From: Candidatus Zhuqueibacterota bacterium
GTDB lineage: Bacteria; SM23-31
Length of the DNA: 64,000 bases
Reading direction: 5' to 3'
Assembly: GCA_042564455.1 (NCBI GenBank)
Contig: JBHPLC010000002.1
Coordinates: 25,017-89,016, forward strand
Every line of letters begins with the position of its first letter. The stretch's first letter is position 1. The translations under genes and the position numbers were made by a program. Shown piece by piece: positions 40,621 to 49,174 of this stretch. The notes beneath the pieces were generated by a model that worked only from the letters and a program-made list of their open reading frames with translations, did not search any database and was not told where the DNA came from.

Positions 40621-41496
40621 CTACCGGAACTGTTCTTCACTTTCTTTCAGGATTTTTTCAGACCGTTTTCTTTCTGTTATATCTCTTGCAAAGGAGCATA
40701 CCAGCTCAACATCATTAAATTCGACAAAATTTGAATTTATTTCTACCGGATATCTGGTTCCGTCTTTCCTTTTATGTATACCTTCAAACAGCAGGTTTCT
40801 TTTTTGCTTTAAAAGATCCCAATGCTGTTTCCAAACCTCTGGAGGAAATTCATCTCCGAGCTGAAAAACTTTCATTGAAAGCAATTCTTCTCTGGAATAG
40901 CCCAGAAGCGTACATGCCTGCTTATTAACATCTAATATATTACCTTCGGAATTTATCCAGAAAATTCCGTCAATTGCCTGTTCAATAGAATATCTTGTCC
41001 TTATAAGAGCTTCTTCAGTTTCCCTCATTTCAGTAATATCAATAACAATGAATTCTAAAGCCTGTTTTCCTTTATACATGATCTTCTGACCATGAACAAT
41101 AGCTAAAAACTCTTCTCCGTTCTTTTTCTTTAACGGTATCTCATATGGAGAAACGGTTTCCCCTTTTAACCTCAATTCAATATTTCGCCGTGCCACATCA
41201 TGATACCTCTCAGGGATCAGTTTTTCAAAAATATCAAAATCATTAGAATAGATCTCTTTTTCGGACCAGCCTGATTTATTCACAATAGCTTTATTTACAT
41301 AAACTGTTCGGTTATCCTGAATGATCGCCACAAGATTTGGTGAGTTCTCAACGATCACCCTGTATTTTTCTTCACTTTCACGTAACTTTTCTTCAGCTTT
41401 CAGCCTCTGTTCTTCAGATTTTTCAAGTTCTTTAATTCGGTTTTCCAACTTTGATATTTTGTCGCTATCCATAGAATTATTTACCAATATTATCAC
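40621..41496 (-). CDS. Coiled-coil plus two PAS domains; N-terminal part of the same sensor kinase
   Basis: 291 aa. SEEKYRVIVENSPNLVAI and IEQAIDGIFWINSEGNILDVN PAS starts. Ends ...LKESEEQFR-TAG. The next codon (TTG) begins the downstream ORF in the same frame. Confidence 0.75.
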   Translation of the reverse strand: MIILVNNSMDSDKISKLENRIKELEKSEEQRLKAEEKLRESEEKYRVIVENSPNLVAIIQDNRTVYVNKAIVNKSGWSEKEIYSNDFDIFEKLIPERYHDVARRNIELRLKGETVSPYEIPLKKKNGEEFLAIVHGQKIMYKGKQALEFIVIDITEMRETEEALIRTRYSIEQAIDGIFWINSEGNILDVNKQACTLLGYSREELLSMKVFQLGDEFPPEVWKQHWDLLKQKRNLLFEGIHKRKDGTRYPVEINSNFVEFNDVELVCSFARDITERKRSEKILKESEEQFR

Positions 41497-41685
41497 TCTA
41501 TTAGTAAAAGATACAAAAAATTACGAATTACAAAGTGATCTGGAATACTTTTATATTATTAATTAGAAAGGGTATGAAATGGAAAAGTTACAAATATTTA
41601 ATTATATATACAAATATAATTTTTTCCGCAGGAAGTTTCGCCGAAAAACCTAAATATTATGCAAAACAAACGAATATTTTCATAC

Positions 41686-42537
41686 CTATTTGATCAAGGA
41701 CCTTAATAGATTCAGGTTTTTCTTGAATGATTCTTCCCCCCCGGGTGTTTCGAGAAGCATTGGTTTTCCAAAAAACCTCCTGTCATTTATTAACAGTTCA
41801 AATGCCTTTTGCCCTATTTTGCCCTCACCAATATTTTCATGGCGGTCAACATGTGATCCGAGATCGGTCTTTGAATCATTTATGTGAAACGCATATACAT
41901 TGTCAATGCCTACAATATTATCCAGCATTTTAAAAGTGTTCATATATGTCTTTTTCGTTCGGATGTCATAACCTGCTGCAAAAATATGTGCTGTATCAAC
42001 ACAAATTCCCATTTTTTCCGGTTTTTCAGTCAGGTCAATGATCTGCCGCAGATGTTCAAAGGTATGCCCGACACTCGATCCCTGTCCTGCGGTTGTCTCA
42101 AGCAGCAGCCTTACTTTAAAGTCAGGCACTCTTTCGAACATTTCGTTAATACTCTCAGCTATTTTTTTTATACCCCGATCTTCTCCATTACCCTGGTGAG
42201 CCCCGGGATGAAAATTCAAATATTCAACTCCTAAAAGATCAGCCCTAATAATTTCATCGGCAAAACTGTCCCTTGATTTTTTAAGATTTTCACTATTTAT
42301 TGAACAGAGGTTTATCAGGTATGAATCATGAATAACTATCGGCCCGATCCCCGTTTCATTTCTTTCAGTACGGAACTTTGCCACCTCTTCTTCTGCCAGT
42401 TCCTTAGATTTCCACTGCTTTTGATTCTTTGAAAATATCTGTATCGTATCACAGCCGATATCCACACCTCTTGTAAAAGATCTGCTCACACCACCGGCAG
42501 CAGACACATGACACCCCAGCACCCTGTTATTTTTCAT
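41686..42537 (-). CDS. nfo: Endonuclease IV (AP endonuclease family 2)
   Basis: 283 aa. GCHVSAAGG, NFHPGAH, LLETTAGQGS, CVDTAHIFAAGYD, HINDSK and ETP motifs. Confidence 0.9.
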   Translation of the reverse strand: MKNNRVLGCHVSAAGGVSRSFTRGVDIGCDTIQIFSKNQKQWKSKELAEEEVAKFRTERNETGIGPIVIHDSYLINLCSINSENLKKSRDSFADEIIRADLLGVEYLNFHPGAHQGNGEDRGIKKIAESINEMFERVPDFKVRLLLETTAGQGSSVGHTFEHLRQIIDLTEKPEKMGICVDTAHIFAAGYDIRTKKTYMNTFKMLDNIVGIDNVYAFHINDSKTDLGSHVDRHENIGEGKIGQKAFELLINDRRFFGKPMLLETPGGEESFKKNLNLLRSLIK

Positions 42538-42730
42538 AATATCATTTTCCCCATTCTTCGCGAAACATAGATATGATCATATAATAATCTACCTAAATAA
42601 TTTAGTAAATGTTATTTTTATTAGTAATATGTTTTTTTCTTGGTTATTTATCCAACATTTTATAATTTATTAAAACATACATCAATGTTCATACTGCTAA
42701 TCGCTATTAATCTATCTTAAGGAGAACATC

Positions 42731-43912
42731 ATGGCAATTCCCCGTAAACCGGCAACATTAGCTATACATGGAAATGAAACAAAAAAAGGGAAAAGCGAAC
42801 CGGTAGCCCCTCCGATCTTTCAGACCTCCACATTTATATTTCCTGATTCTGATTCTGTCGAAGGCTATATGGCACGCGGAGAAAGAAAACATTATATATA
42901 TCAGCGGTACGGTAATCCGGCTCAGGATATACTGGAAAAACGGATGGCGCTCCTGGAAGGTGCAGAAGATGCCGCTTTCTTTGCATCCGGAATGGCGGCT
43001 ATTACATCAGCTATACTTTCTATCCTTAATGAGGGTGATGAAGTCCTGTCCATACCGGCTCTGTATGGACAAACCCTTAATTTCTTCAAACTGGAACTGC
43101 CGAAATATAAAATGAGCTGCAGGCTCGTACCAATAGATGATTTATATAAGCTTGATAAGGTTGTGACCGAAAAGACAAAGTTAATCTATTTCGAATCACC
43201 GACAAATCCAAATTTACAGGTCGTTGACATACAGAAGATCGTTAAACAGGCAAAAGCACTCGGTTTACACACAATGATAGACAATACATTTGCTTCTTCG
43301 ATCAACCAGCTCCCGATCTCAATGGGAATTGATACGGTAGTTCATAGTGCTACAAAATACCTTGGCGGGCACAGTGATGTTCTCGCAGGAGTTGTAGTGG
43401 GCACAAAAGAACTTGTCGAAAGCACCCGCAAACACTCACAGATCTACGGACCAACCATCAGTCCGCAGAATGTATTCCTGTTACTAAGAAGTCTGGCGAC
43501 CCTGGAAATTCGTGTACTGCGTCAGAATGAAACTGCTATGAAAATTGCCAAATACCTGGAAAAACACCCGAAAGTAAGATCCGTTAACTATCCCGGATTA
43601 GAAAAGGATCCCTTTCATAACCTTGCGAAATCTCAGATGAAAGGATTTGGTGGAATGATCGCCATAGATATAAACGGCGGCAAGAATGAAGCAATGAAAG
43701 TTGTCGACAATCTTGAATTAATGCTGAATGCTACAAGCCTTGGAGGAGTGGAAACCCTGGTCAGTATCCCTGTTATCACTTCACACGTATGGCTTTCACC
43801 TGATGAACTGAAAAACGCCAGAGTAACTCAGTCAATGATAAGGATCTCGGTCGGGCTTGAAGATCCAGATGACCTTATTGCCGATTTCGATCAGGCACTA
43901 AACAAATTATAA
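42731..43912 (+). CDS. PLP-dependent Cys/Met metabolism enzyme (cystathionine gamma-synthase / methionine gamma-lyase family)
   Basis: 393 aa. SATKYLGGHSDVLAG (PLP lysine), YQRYGNP, SLGGVETL. Confidence 0.85.
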   Translation: MAIPRKPATLAIHGNETKKGKSEPVAPPIFQTSTFIFPDSDSVEGYMARGERKHYIYQRYGNPAQDILEKRMALLEGAEDAAFFASGMAAITSAILSILNEGDEVLSIPALYGQTLNFFKLELPKYKMSCRLVPIDDLYKLDKVVTEKTKLIYFESPTNPNLQVVDIQKIVKQAKALGLHTMIDNTFASSINQLPISMGIDTVVHSATKYLGGHSDVLAGVVVGTKELVESTRKHSQIYGPTISPQNVFLLLRSLATLEIRVLRQNETAMKIAKYLEKHPKVRSVNYPGLEKDPFHNLAKSQMKGFGGMIAIDINGGKNEAMKVVDNLELMLNATSLGGVETLVSIPVITSHVWLSPDELKNARVTQSMIRISVGLEDPDDLIADFDQALNKL

Positions 43913-43928
43913 AATAAGAGAGGCCGTT

Positions 43929-45125
43929 ATGTTAAACAAAAAATCAATTACAACTCTTATAGTAATATCGCTATTACTCTCTTCCATTTTCATGTTCTGT
44001 ACCTCACAGGATATAATGCAGTCATTAGGTGACATTAATTTGTCACAGGGAGAAAAGACAACTCTACCGGTATTTCAATCGGATAAAGTGAAAAATGTCA
44101 TTTTTATGATAGGTGACGGTATGTCGATCACCACTATTACAGCGGCAAGGATAAGTGCCTATGGAGCTGATGGCAAATTGACATTAGAAAGGTTTCCCTT
44201 TACGGGAATTCAAAATACATATTGTCTTGACAGATTAGTAACAGATTCCGGCGCATCAGGGACCGCCCTTGCGACCGGTTATAAAACAAATTATGGTATG
44301 ATCAGTATTTTACCTGACAGTACAAAATTGCAGACCATTCTTGAAGCGTTAAAATTGAGAGGAAAATTAACCGGAATAGTTGCCACATCATCTGTTACCC
44401 ATGCAACACCGGCTTCATTCAGCGCACATAATTTAAAAAGAGGAAATGAAACAGAGATCGCTGAGGATATTGTAAATAACAACATCAATGTTATCATGGG
44501 AGGCGGAAGACATTTTTTCATACCACAGTCAACAGAAGGAAGCAAAAGAAAGGATGAAAAGAACCTGATTAATGAGGCTAAAGAATCCGGTTACGAAGTC
44601 ATCAGTACAAAATCTGAACTGCAGAATTCAACGTCCGGTAAAATTCTTGCGCTGTTCCAGCTGGATGCCATGCAGCTGATCGATTCGGAACCTTCACTTG
44701 CCGAAATGACTGAAAAAGCAATTGAAAAACTCAGCGGAGATGAGGACGGTTTTTTCCTGATGGTCGAAGCCAGCCAGATCGACTGGGCAGCTCATGACAA
44801 CCTTCCTGAACAGACTTTAACAAACATGCTGAATTTTGACAAGGCTATTGAAAAAGCTGTTAATTTTGCCTTGAATGACGGAGAAACTCTTGTTGTTGTT
44901 ACTGCCGACCATGAAACCGGAGGGATGACCATTAATGGCGGCAGACTGAATGGGGATCGTCTAAATCTAAAATGGACTACTACAGGACATACGGGAGTCT
45001 CGGTTCCGGTTTTCGCGTTCGGGCCGCAGGGAGAAAAGTTCACCGGCTGGTATGAAAATACGGACATCCCGAAAAAGATCGCGGCAATTTTAGGCATAGA
45101 AGACTTTGCTATAGTGAATCACTAA
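43929..45125 (+). CDS. Alkaline phosphatase (PhoA family) lipoprotein
   Basis: 398 aa. Signal peptide/lipobox (SSIFMFCTS). GDGMS, VTDSGASGTALATG (nucleophile Ser), EASQIDWAAHDN, TADHETGG and GHTG motifs. Confidence 0.88.
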   Translation: MLNKKSITTLIVISLLLSSIFMFCTSQDIMQSLGDINLSQGEKTTLPVFQSDKVKNVIFMIGDGMSITTITAARISAYGADGKLTLERFPFTGIQNTYCLDRLVTDSGASGTALATGYKTNYGMISILPDSTKLQTILEALKLRGKLTGIVATSSVTHATPASFSAHNLKRGNETEIAEDIVNNNINVIMGGGRHFFIPQSTEGSKRKDEKNLINEAKESGYEVISTKSELQNSTSGKILALFQLDAMQLIDSEPSLAEMTEKAIEKLSGDEDGFFLMVEASQIDWAAHDNLPEQTLTNMLNFDKAIEKAVNFALNDGETLVVVTADHETGGMTINGGRLNGDRLNLKWTTTGHTGVSVPVFAFGPQGEKFTGWYENTDIPKKIAAILGIEDFAIVNH

Positions 45126-45198
45126 TAAATTAATAATATACAGAATATAATCTCATTATTATCATAAAGTATTCAGGCAAAAAAACACTATTTTAGTG

Positions 45199-45227
45199 TT
45201 GACAATTGCGGCAAAATTAAGTAATTT
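45199..45227 (+). promoter_or_regulatory. Sigma70-like promoter for tRNA-Asn
   Basis: TTGACA (45199-45204), 17-nt spacer, TAATTT (45222-45227), 23 nt upstream of the tRNA. Confidence 0.5.
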
Positions 45228-45250
45228 TAGAGGTTTAAGAAATTGAGTAT

Positions 45251-45326
45251 TCCTCGGTAGCTCAATTGGCAGAGCGGGTGGCTGTTAACCACTAGGTTGT
45301 AGGTTCGAGTCCTACCCGAGGAGCCA
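45251..45326 (+). tRNA. tRNA-Asn (anticodon GTT), CCA encoded
   Basis: Acceptor TCCTCGG pairs with CCGAGGA. Anticodon loop is CTGTTAA. T arm is GTAGG-TTCGAGT-CCTAC. Discriminator G followed by CCA. Confidence 0.92.
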
Positions 45327-46938
45327 GTCTTGACACTTGGGCGAAACAACTGTTAACCGTTTCGCCTTCTTTTTTGTTATTAACAGCTGATAAATCAAAA
45401 ACTTCCAGCGCTTCTTCCCATAAAATAACTTCAAGAACGCCTTCACCTGTTTTTGTATCCTCTGTTATTTCAATCTTTTTAACAACGGTAGGTAATAGAC
45501 GAAACAATTCGGTGGGATCAGCAGAATCTATAATCTGTGAAAAATCTTTGAGGGTTCTCGCAATCACATCAGCATTTAATGTTTTCGTTTTGATTTGTTC
45601 TTCCTCTAACTCAATTTCCTGAAACTCTTGTTTTACTACATTTAATGATTTTTGCACACTTTCAAGCTCATTTGCTACAATTTTTGCTCCTTCTGCCCCA
45701 AGTTCACGTATTGATGCGACATAGGAATCTCTTTTAACTGTCAGATCATTGATACGTTTTCGGTAAGTAACTTTTTCAGATGCGAGCTTTTTCAATACCT
45801 CGCTATTTGTTTCAATTGATTTTGAAACTATTTTATCTAACATCTCTCTATTAACACTTAACTGTCTAATCCAATCAAACACCGCTTTTTCTGTAGTCTC
45901 TGCACGTAGATTTTTTTGATTGCAAGCAATTTTCCCGACGTGATTTTTCTTAGTACATTGATAATAATCATATTTTAATCCGCCACGTCCATGAGCTGAA
46001 GAGGGCACCATAGCAGCCCCACATTTCCCGCATCTTAGAAGGCCTTTCAATAAATATACTCTATCACCACCAAGTAGTGGATTTCTTCTCGTCTCTCTGT
46101 TCTTTTCGAGAATAGATTGTACCGTTTTAAATGTCTTCTTTGGAATTATCGCCTCATGTCTACCTTTATAGATATTGTCATTATGTCTTATCATGCCAAT
46201 ATAAACAGGATTGGACAATATATTAATAACGGTCTGCTTGTTAAATATCCTTCCACCGTGCCTTTTGCCAGTCTTTGAAATATATTCAGGAGTACGATAC
46301 CCCTTTTCATTAAGCCAGTCTCTTGTTTTTCCAGCAGATCCGCACCGAATACAGGCTTTAAAGATTTCCTTAATCAGTTTTTTGCTTTCAGGATTTACAA
46401 GAAGAAGTCCTTTACGATCATTAGAAAGGTCATAGCCAGGAACACGGCTACCATTCCATAAACCCTGCTCAGCCCTCCACTGCATTTTTTCTCGTGTACG
46501 TTCCCCAGTGATCTCCCTTTCAAGTTCAGCAAACAGTAAAATCATTTTTAAACCGAACCGTCCCATAGGAATTGTTGTATCAAATTTTTCATTTTTTGAG
46601 ATGAATCCTACACCATTTGTATCAAAAAGATCCCATAGATCATAAAAATCTTTCAGTGAACGAGTAATTCTGTCAATTTTTGTGACCAATACTACATCAA
46701 CCAAACCATGTTTAATATCATTTATTAATCTTTTAAATTCGGGGCGTTCTAAGTTTTTGCCAGATTTTCCTTCTTCCCTGTAAACATCAGAAACTTCCCA
46801 AGTCTCGGGTGGTGATGGGCAAACTTCAACATATTTCCGCAATATATCTTCCTGAGTATCTAACGAACCATCAGGAGTATTAGCTTGCTGAATAGATGAA
46901 ACTCTCGTATATATTGCTACGTTCTTCGTTTCTTTCAT
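45292..46938 (-). CDS. Large serine recombinase (integrase)
   Basis: 548 aa. Resolvase catalytic domain (VAIYTRVSSIQQ...VLVTKIDRITRS), recombinase domain, zinc ribbon (CGKCGAAM...YYQCTKK...C), and a long coiled coil. The last 35 nt (LAPRVGLEPTT) overlap the 3' half of tRNA-Asn on the opposite strand. Confidence 0.88.
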   Translation of the reverse strand: MKETKNVAIYTRVSSIQQANTPDGSLDTQEDILRKYVEVCPSPPETWEVSDVYREEGKSGKNLERPEFKRLINDIKHGLVDVVLVTKIDRITRSLKDFYDLWDLFDTNGVGFISKNEKFDTTIPMGRFGLKMILLFAELEREITGERTREKMQWRAEQGLWNGSRVPGYDLSNDRKGLLLVNPESKKLIKEIFKACIRCGSAGKTRDWLNEKGYRTPEYISKTGKRHGGRIFNKQTVINILSNPVYIGMIRHNDNIYKGRHEAIIPKKTFKTVQSILEKNRETRRNPLLGGDRVYLLKGLLRCGKCGAAMVPSSAHGRGGLKYDYYQCTKKNHVGKIACNQKNLRAETTEKAVFDWIRQLSVNREMLDKIVSKSIETNSEVLKKLASEKVTYRKRINDLTVKRDSYVASIRELGAEGAKIVANELESVQKSLNVVKQEFQEIELEEEQIKTKTLNADVIARTLKDFSQIIDSADPTELFRLLPTVVKKIEITEDTKTGEGVLEVILWEEALEVFDLSAVNNKKEGETVNSCFAQVSRLAPRVGLEPTT

Positions 46939-47029
46939 AAGCCTTAGATCGTACGATTGTGTTTCTTTACTGTCAATACCATTATATTATTATTCTGCAT
47001 CAAAATCAAGCATATTTTTAAATGTAATG

Positions 47030-47221
47030 TCATTTCTGCAAATCCCGACAATTTCGAGCCCAGATATCAGCAGCTATTGATACAAACTCCTTCTGTCTTT
47101 CAGAGCCTGAAAAAGCTGCAAAAGTATTATCAGTGCTTTTTCTATCTTTCTCTTTAAAAGTTTTCAATATTACTTTTAAGGGTTTTGTGCATTGAGATGC
47201 ACGTTTATTAAGTTTTGTCAT
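47030..47221 (-). CDS. Small hypothetical protein, divergent from the XRE regulator
   Basis: 63-aa ORF in the position of a cro/excisionase-like gene. No recognisable motif. Confidence 0.3.
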   Translation of the reverse strand: MTKLNKRASQCTKPLKVILKTFKEKDRKSTDNTFAAFSGSERQKEFVSIAADIWARNCRDLQK

Positions 47222-47434
47222 TTTTTAGATCATTTTCCCACATGAAAATTATTCTTGACATCATTTATAAAAATACATATATTGTACATATATCATACAG
47301 GCGCTTCTTTAATCAGTAAACGTATTTAATTCAAATAAAGTTCCATATGTGTATTATTTAAGCATTATTTATGTACTCAATATAGGAAAGCCCGTTTTTA
47401 TTGTCAAGTAAAATCTACGGTTAATCGCAAAAAT

Positions 47435-47451
47435 AGTACAGTTTTTGTACA
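47435..47451. promoter_or_regulatory. Candidate operator: inverted repeat GTACA-N5-TGTAC
   Basis: AGTACAGTTTTTGTACA lies about 30 nt upstream of the XRE gene start. A further TGTACA is at 47283-47288 in the same divergent intergenic region. Confidence 0.3.
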
Positions 47452-47480
47452 TTTATAACATCTGTAAATAAGAGGAAATC

Positions 47481-47948
47481 ATGAAATTCTGGAAATTAAT
47501 ATCTGATGAGATGGATAAAGTCGGGCTCAATAAGAAACGATTAGCTGATATGGCAGGTATGTCCCGATCTACTTTGAATGTATTAGAGCAGGGTAAAGAG
47601 CCTTCTCCAGATAACAGAATGAAACTTGAAGCAGCATTTGGTTATACAATAATGAAGAAAGGAAAAGATGATTATGAGTGGGATGCCAAAATATGGGATG
47701 CACAATCTGAAGAGGTTTTAAAACTTAAAAAAATGCCCGCCAATTATAGGCTATTCAAAAGTACACATTCTAAAGTTAATATTAGAAGAAAAGGATTAAT
47801 TGATTTTAAAAACAGTAAAGATTGGATGATTGCCAATATTTCTGATGATGAGGAAGAGTGGTTAGAGAGTATTTTCTTTCGGCCTGAAAAAAATCCATCG
47901 GCTGAAACATATAAAGATTTGTTACTGATATATAGAAAACTTCAATAG
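47481..47948 (+). CDS. XRE-family helix-turn-helix regulator
   Basis: 155 aa. N-terminal HTH_3 pattern (LNKKRLADMAGMSRSTLNVLEQGKEPSPDNRMKLEAAFG). RBS AGAGGAAA. Confidence 0.75.
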   Translation: MKFWKLISDEMDKVGLNKKRLADMAGMSRSTLNVLEQGKEPSPDNRMKLEAAFGYTIMKKGKDDYEWDAKIWDAQSEEVLKLKKMPANYRLFKSTHSKVNIRRKGLIDFKNSKDWMIANISDDEEEWLESIFFRPEKNPSAETYKDLLLIYRKLQ

Positions 47949-48087
47949 AATTATTTGAAGTTCTCGGCAAACATCTTAACGTTATGCCCACCTACCGGAT
48001 GAAGCACTGAAAAAAGCGGCAGATTTGGCTGGAGATATTATTAAAAGAGGTGGCGGTAAACGAAGGAAATAAAGAATAATAATCATT

Positions 48088-48121
48088 AACAATCCCTGCT
48101 CAAAAGGTGGATTTACGGACA
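48088..48121. repeat. 34-nt direct repeat block, copy A
   Basis: AACAATCCCTGCTCAAAA, 5 variable nt, then ATTTACGGACA. Same blocks and spacing at 48883-48916. Confidence 0.75.
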
Positions 48122-48221
48122 TGTATGAACATACGGGGACAGTAAATAGTTACAATTTTGATTATTATAATCATACCTCAAAAATTCTCTCACTTGTGAT
48201 AACCCTCATATGAACAACCCA

Positions 48222-48719
48222 TCAATTTTTATGATGTTTATCTGCATACTTCTCGATTACTATCCTGGCAGCATGTTCGGTGCTGCAACCTGATTTCACT
48301 AAGGTGAAAAATTCCTTTAGCATTTCTATCTCTTCTTTGAAAACATCTTTAACTTGAGCTATTCGGTCTCCTTGATACTGATGAGTTACTGGGTGCTTTG
48401 GATACTTGTGTTTTATCTTTTCCAGAAACTCCTGTTTTTCTGTCTCACTCTTAAAATCCATCTTTTCCCGAATCTCCAACTCTCTCCCTTTGGCAATTTG
48501 CTCGGCAACCAAGTACGATACAGTCGCCTGCATTCGCTCTTCTCCTTCTCCAAATTCTTCAACGTCTTTATTCCGCTGTTCTTCTGAGTAACTCAACACC
48601 GTGGACCAGTATTTCGTCATATTGTTTATGATAAATTCTTCTAACGTCATTTTATTAAATCCCGTAGATTTGCGTTTTGAAATTGTTGGAGTGATTGGAT
48701 TAAAAGTTAAGAAAAACAT
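48222..48719 (-). CDS. Hypothetical protein
   Basis: 165-aa ORF, charged/helical. The likely true start is the internal Met (MTLEEFIINN). No recognisable family. Confidence 0.45.
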   Translation of the reverse strand: MFFLTFNPITPTISKRKSTGFNKMTLEEFIINNMTKYWSTVLSYSEEQRNKDVEEFGEGEERMQATVSYLVAEQIAKGRELEIREKMDFKSETEKQEFLEKIKHKYPKHPVTHQYQGDRIAQVKDVFKEEIEMLKEFFTLVKSGCSTEHAARIVIEKYADKHHKN

Positions 48720-48811
48720 ATATCCTATACAAGTGTTTTTAAGTTCCTTCCTCTTTCAGGTTATATCTACACCTATATTTCTTCTTTCAATGCAGAGATT
48801 GTTTAATCACG

Positions 48812-48838
48812 CAAAAAAGACGGTTCTTACACCGTCTA
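48812..48838 (-). terminator. Rho-independent terminator for the giant-protein-1/peptide operon
   Basis: On the minus strand reads AGACGGT-GTAAGA-ACCGTCT followed by T6. Lies 125 nt downstream of the peptide stop. Confidence 0.65.
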
Positions 48839-48882
48839 TAAATTATTAAAAATTATATACTAAATATCTTAACTCAAATACA

Positions 48883-48916
48883 AACAATCCCTGCTCAAAA
48901 CATGTATTTACGGACA
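48883..48916. repeat. 34-nt direct repeat block, copy B
   Basis: See 48088-48121. TTACGGACA is additionally duplicated just downstream, at 48918-48926. Confidence 0.75.
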
Positions 48917-48962
48917 ATTACGGACATTCGCAGACAGAAAATGAGTATTTACTCATCATTTC

Positions 48963-49157
48963 TTATTTCCCGCCCTTTCTGAATGTCTGGAAGAGCATGT
49001 ATGCCATTAACACAATTCCATAGATTCCGGGATTGCCCCATGGGATCGTTCCCACCGGATTTACCGGAGGGCCGGGAGGCGCTTGGGCGAACAGCATTAA
49101 CGCTGACCCAAATATCAAAGCTGTGCCGATAACTAAATACTTTATAAGGTTTCTCAT
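48963..49157 (-). CDS. Conserved 64-aa membrane peptide: signal peptide, Pro/Gly-rich segment, TM helix, basic tail (copy 1)
   Basis: MRNLIKYLVIGTALIFGSALMLFAQA / PPGPPVNPVGTIPWGNPGIYG / IVLMAYMLFQTF / RKGGK. GGGAG RBS. Lies 17 nt after the giant-gene stop. 54/64 residues are identical to 54860-55054, and only synonymous changes occur in the central 23 codons. Confidence 0.8.
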   Translation of the reverse strand: MRNLIKYLVIGTALIFGSALMLFAQAPPGPPVNPVGTIPWGNPGIYGIVLMAYMLFQTFRKGGK

Positions 49158-49174
49158 TTATATATACTCCCAAT

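Noticed and set aside
42538-42730. Possible SAM or other riboswitch upstream of the Cys/Met PLP enzyme
   Set aside because: The leader is very AT-rich, with no GC-rich helices or conserved riboswitch core sequences that I can recognise.
47990-48071. Short reading frame ending LPDEALKKAADLAGDIIKRGGGKRRK-stop
   Set aside because: No start codon after the preceding in-frame stop and only 27 codons. It may be a gene remnant, but this is not supportable as a feature.
48949-49173. 74-aa ORF overlapping the 64-aa peptide gene in another frame
   Set aside because: The paralog at 54860-55054 conserves the 64-aa frame with synonymous-only changes in its core. The alternative frame is not conserved in copy 2 (54753-54938 gives an unrelated sequence).
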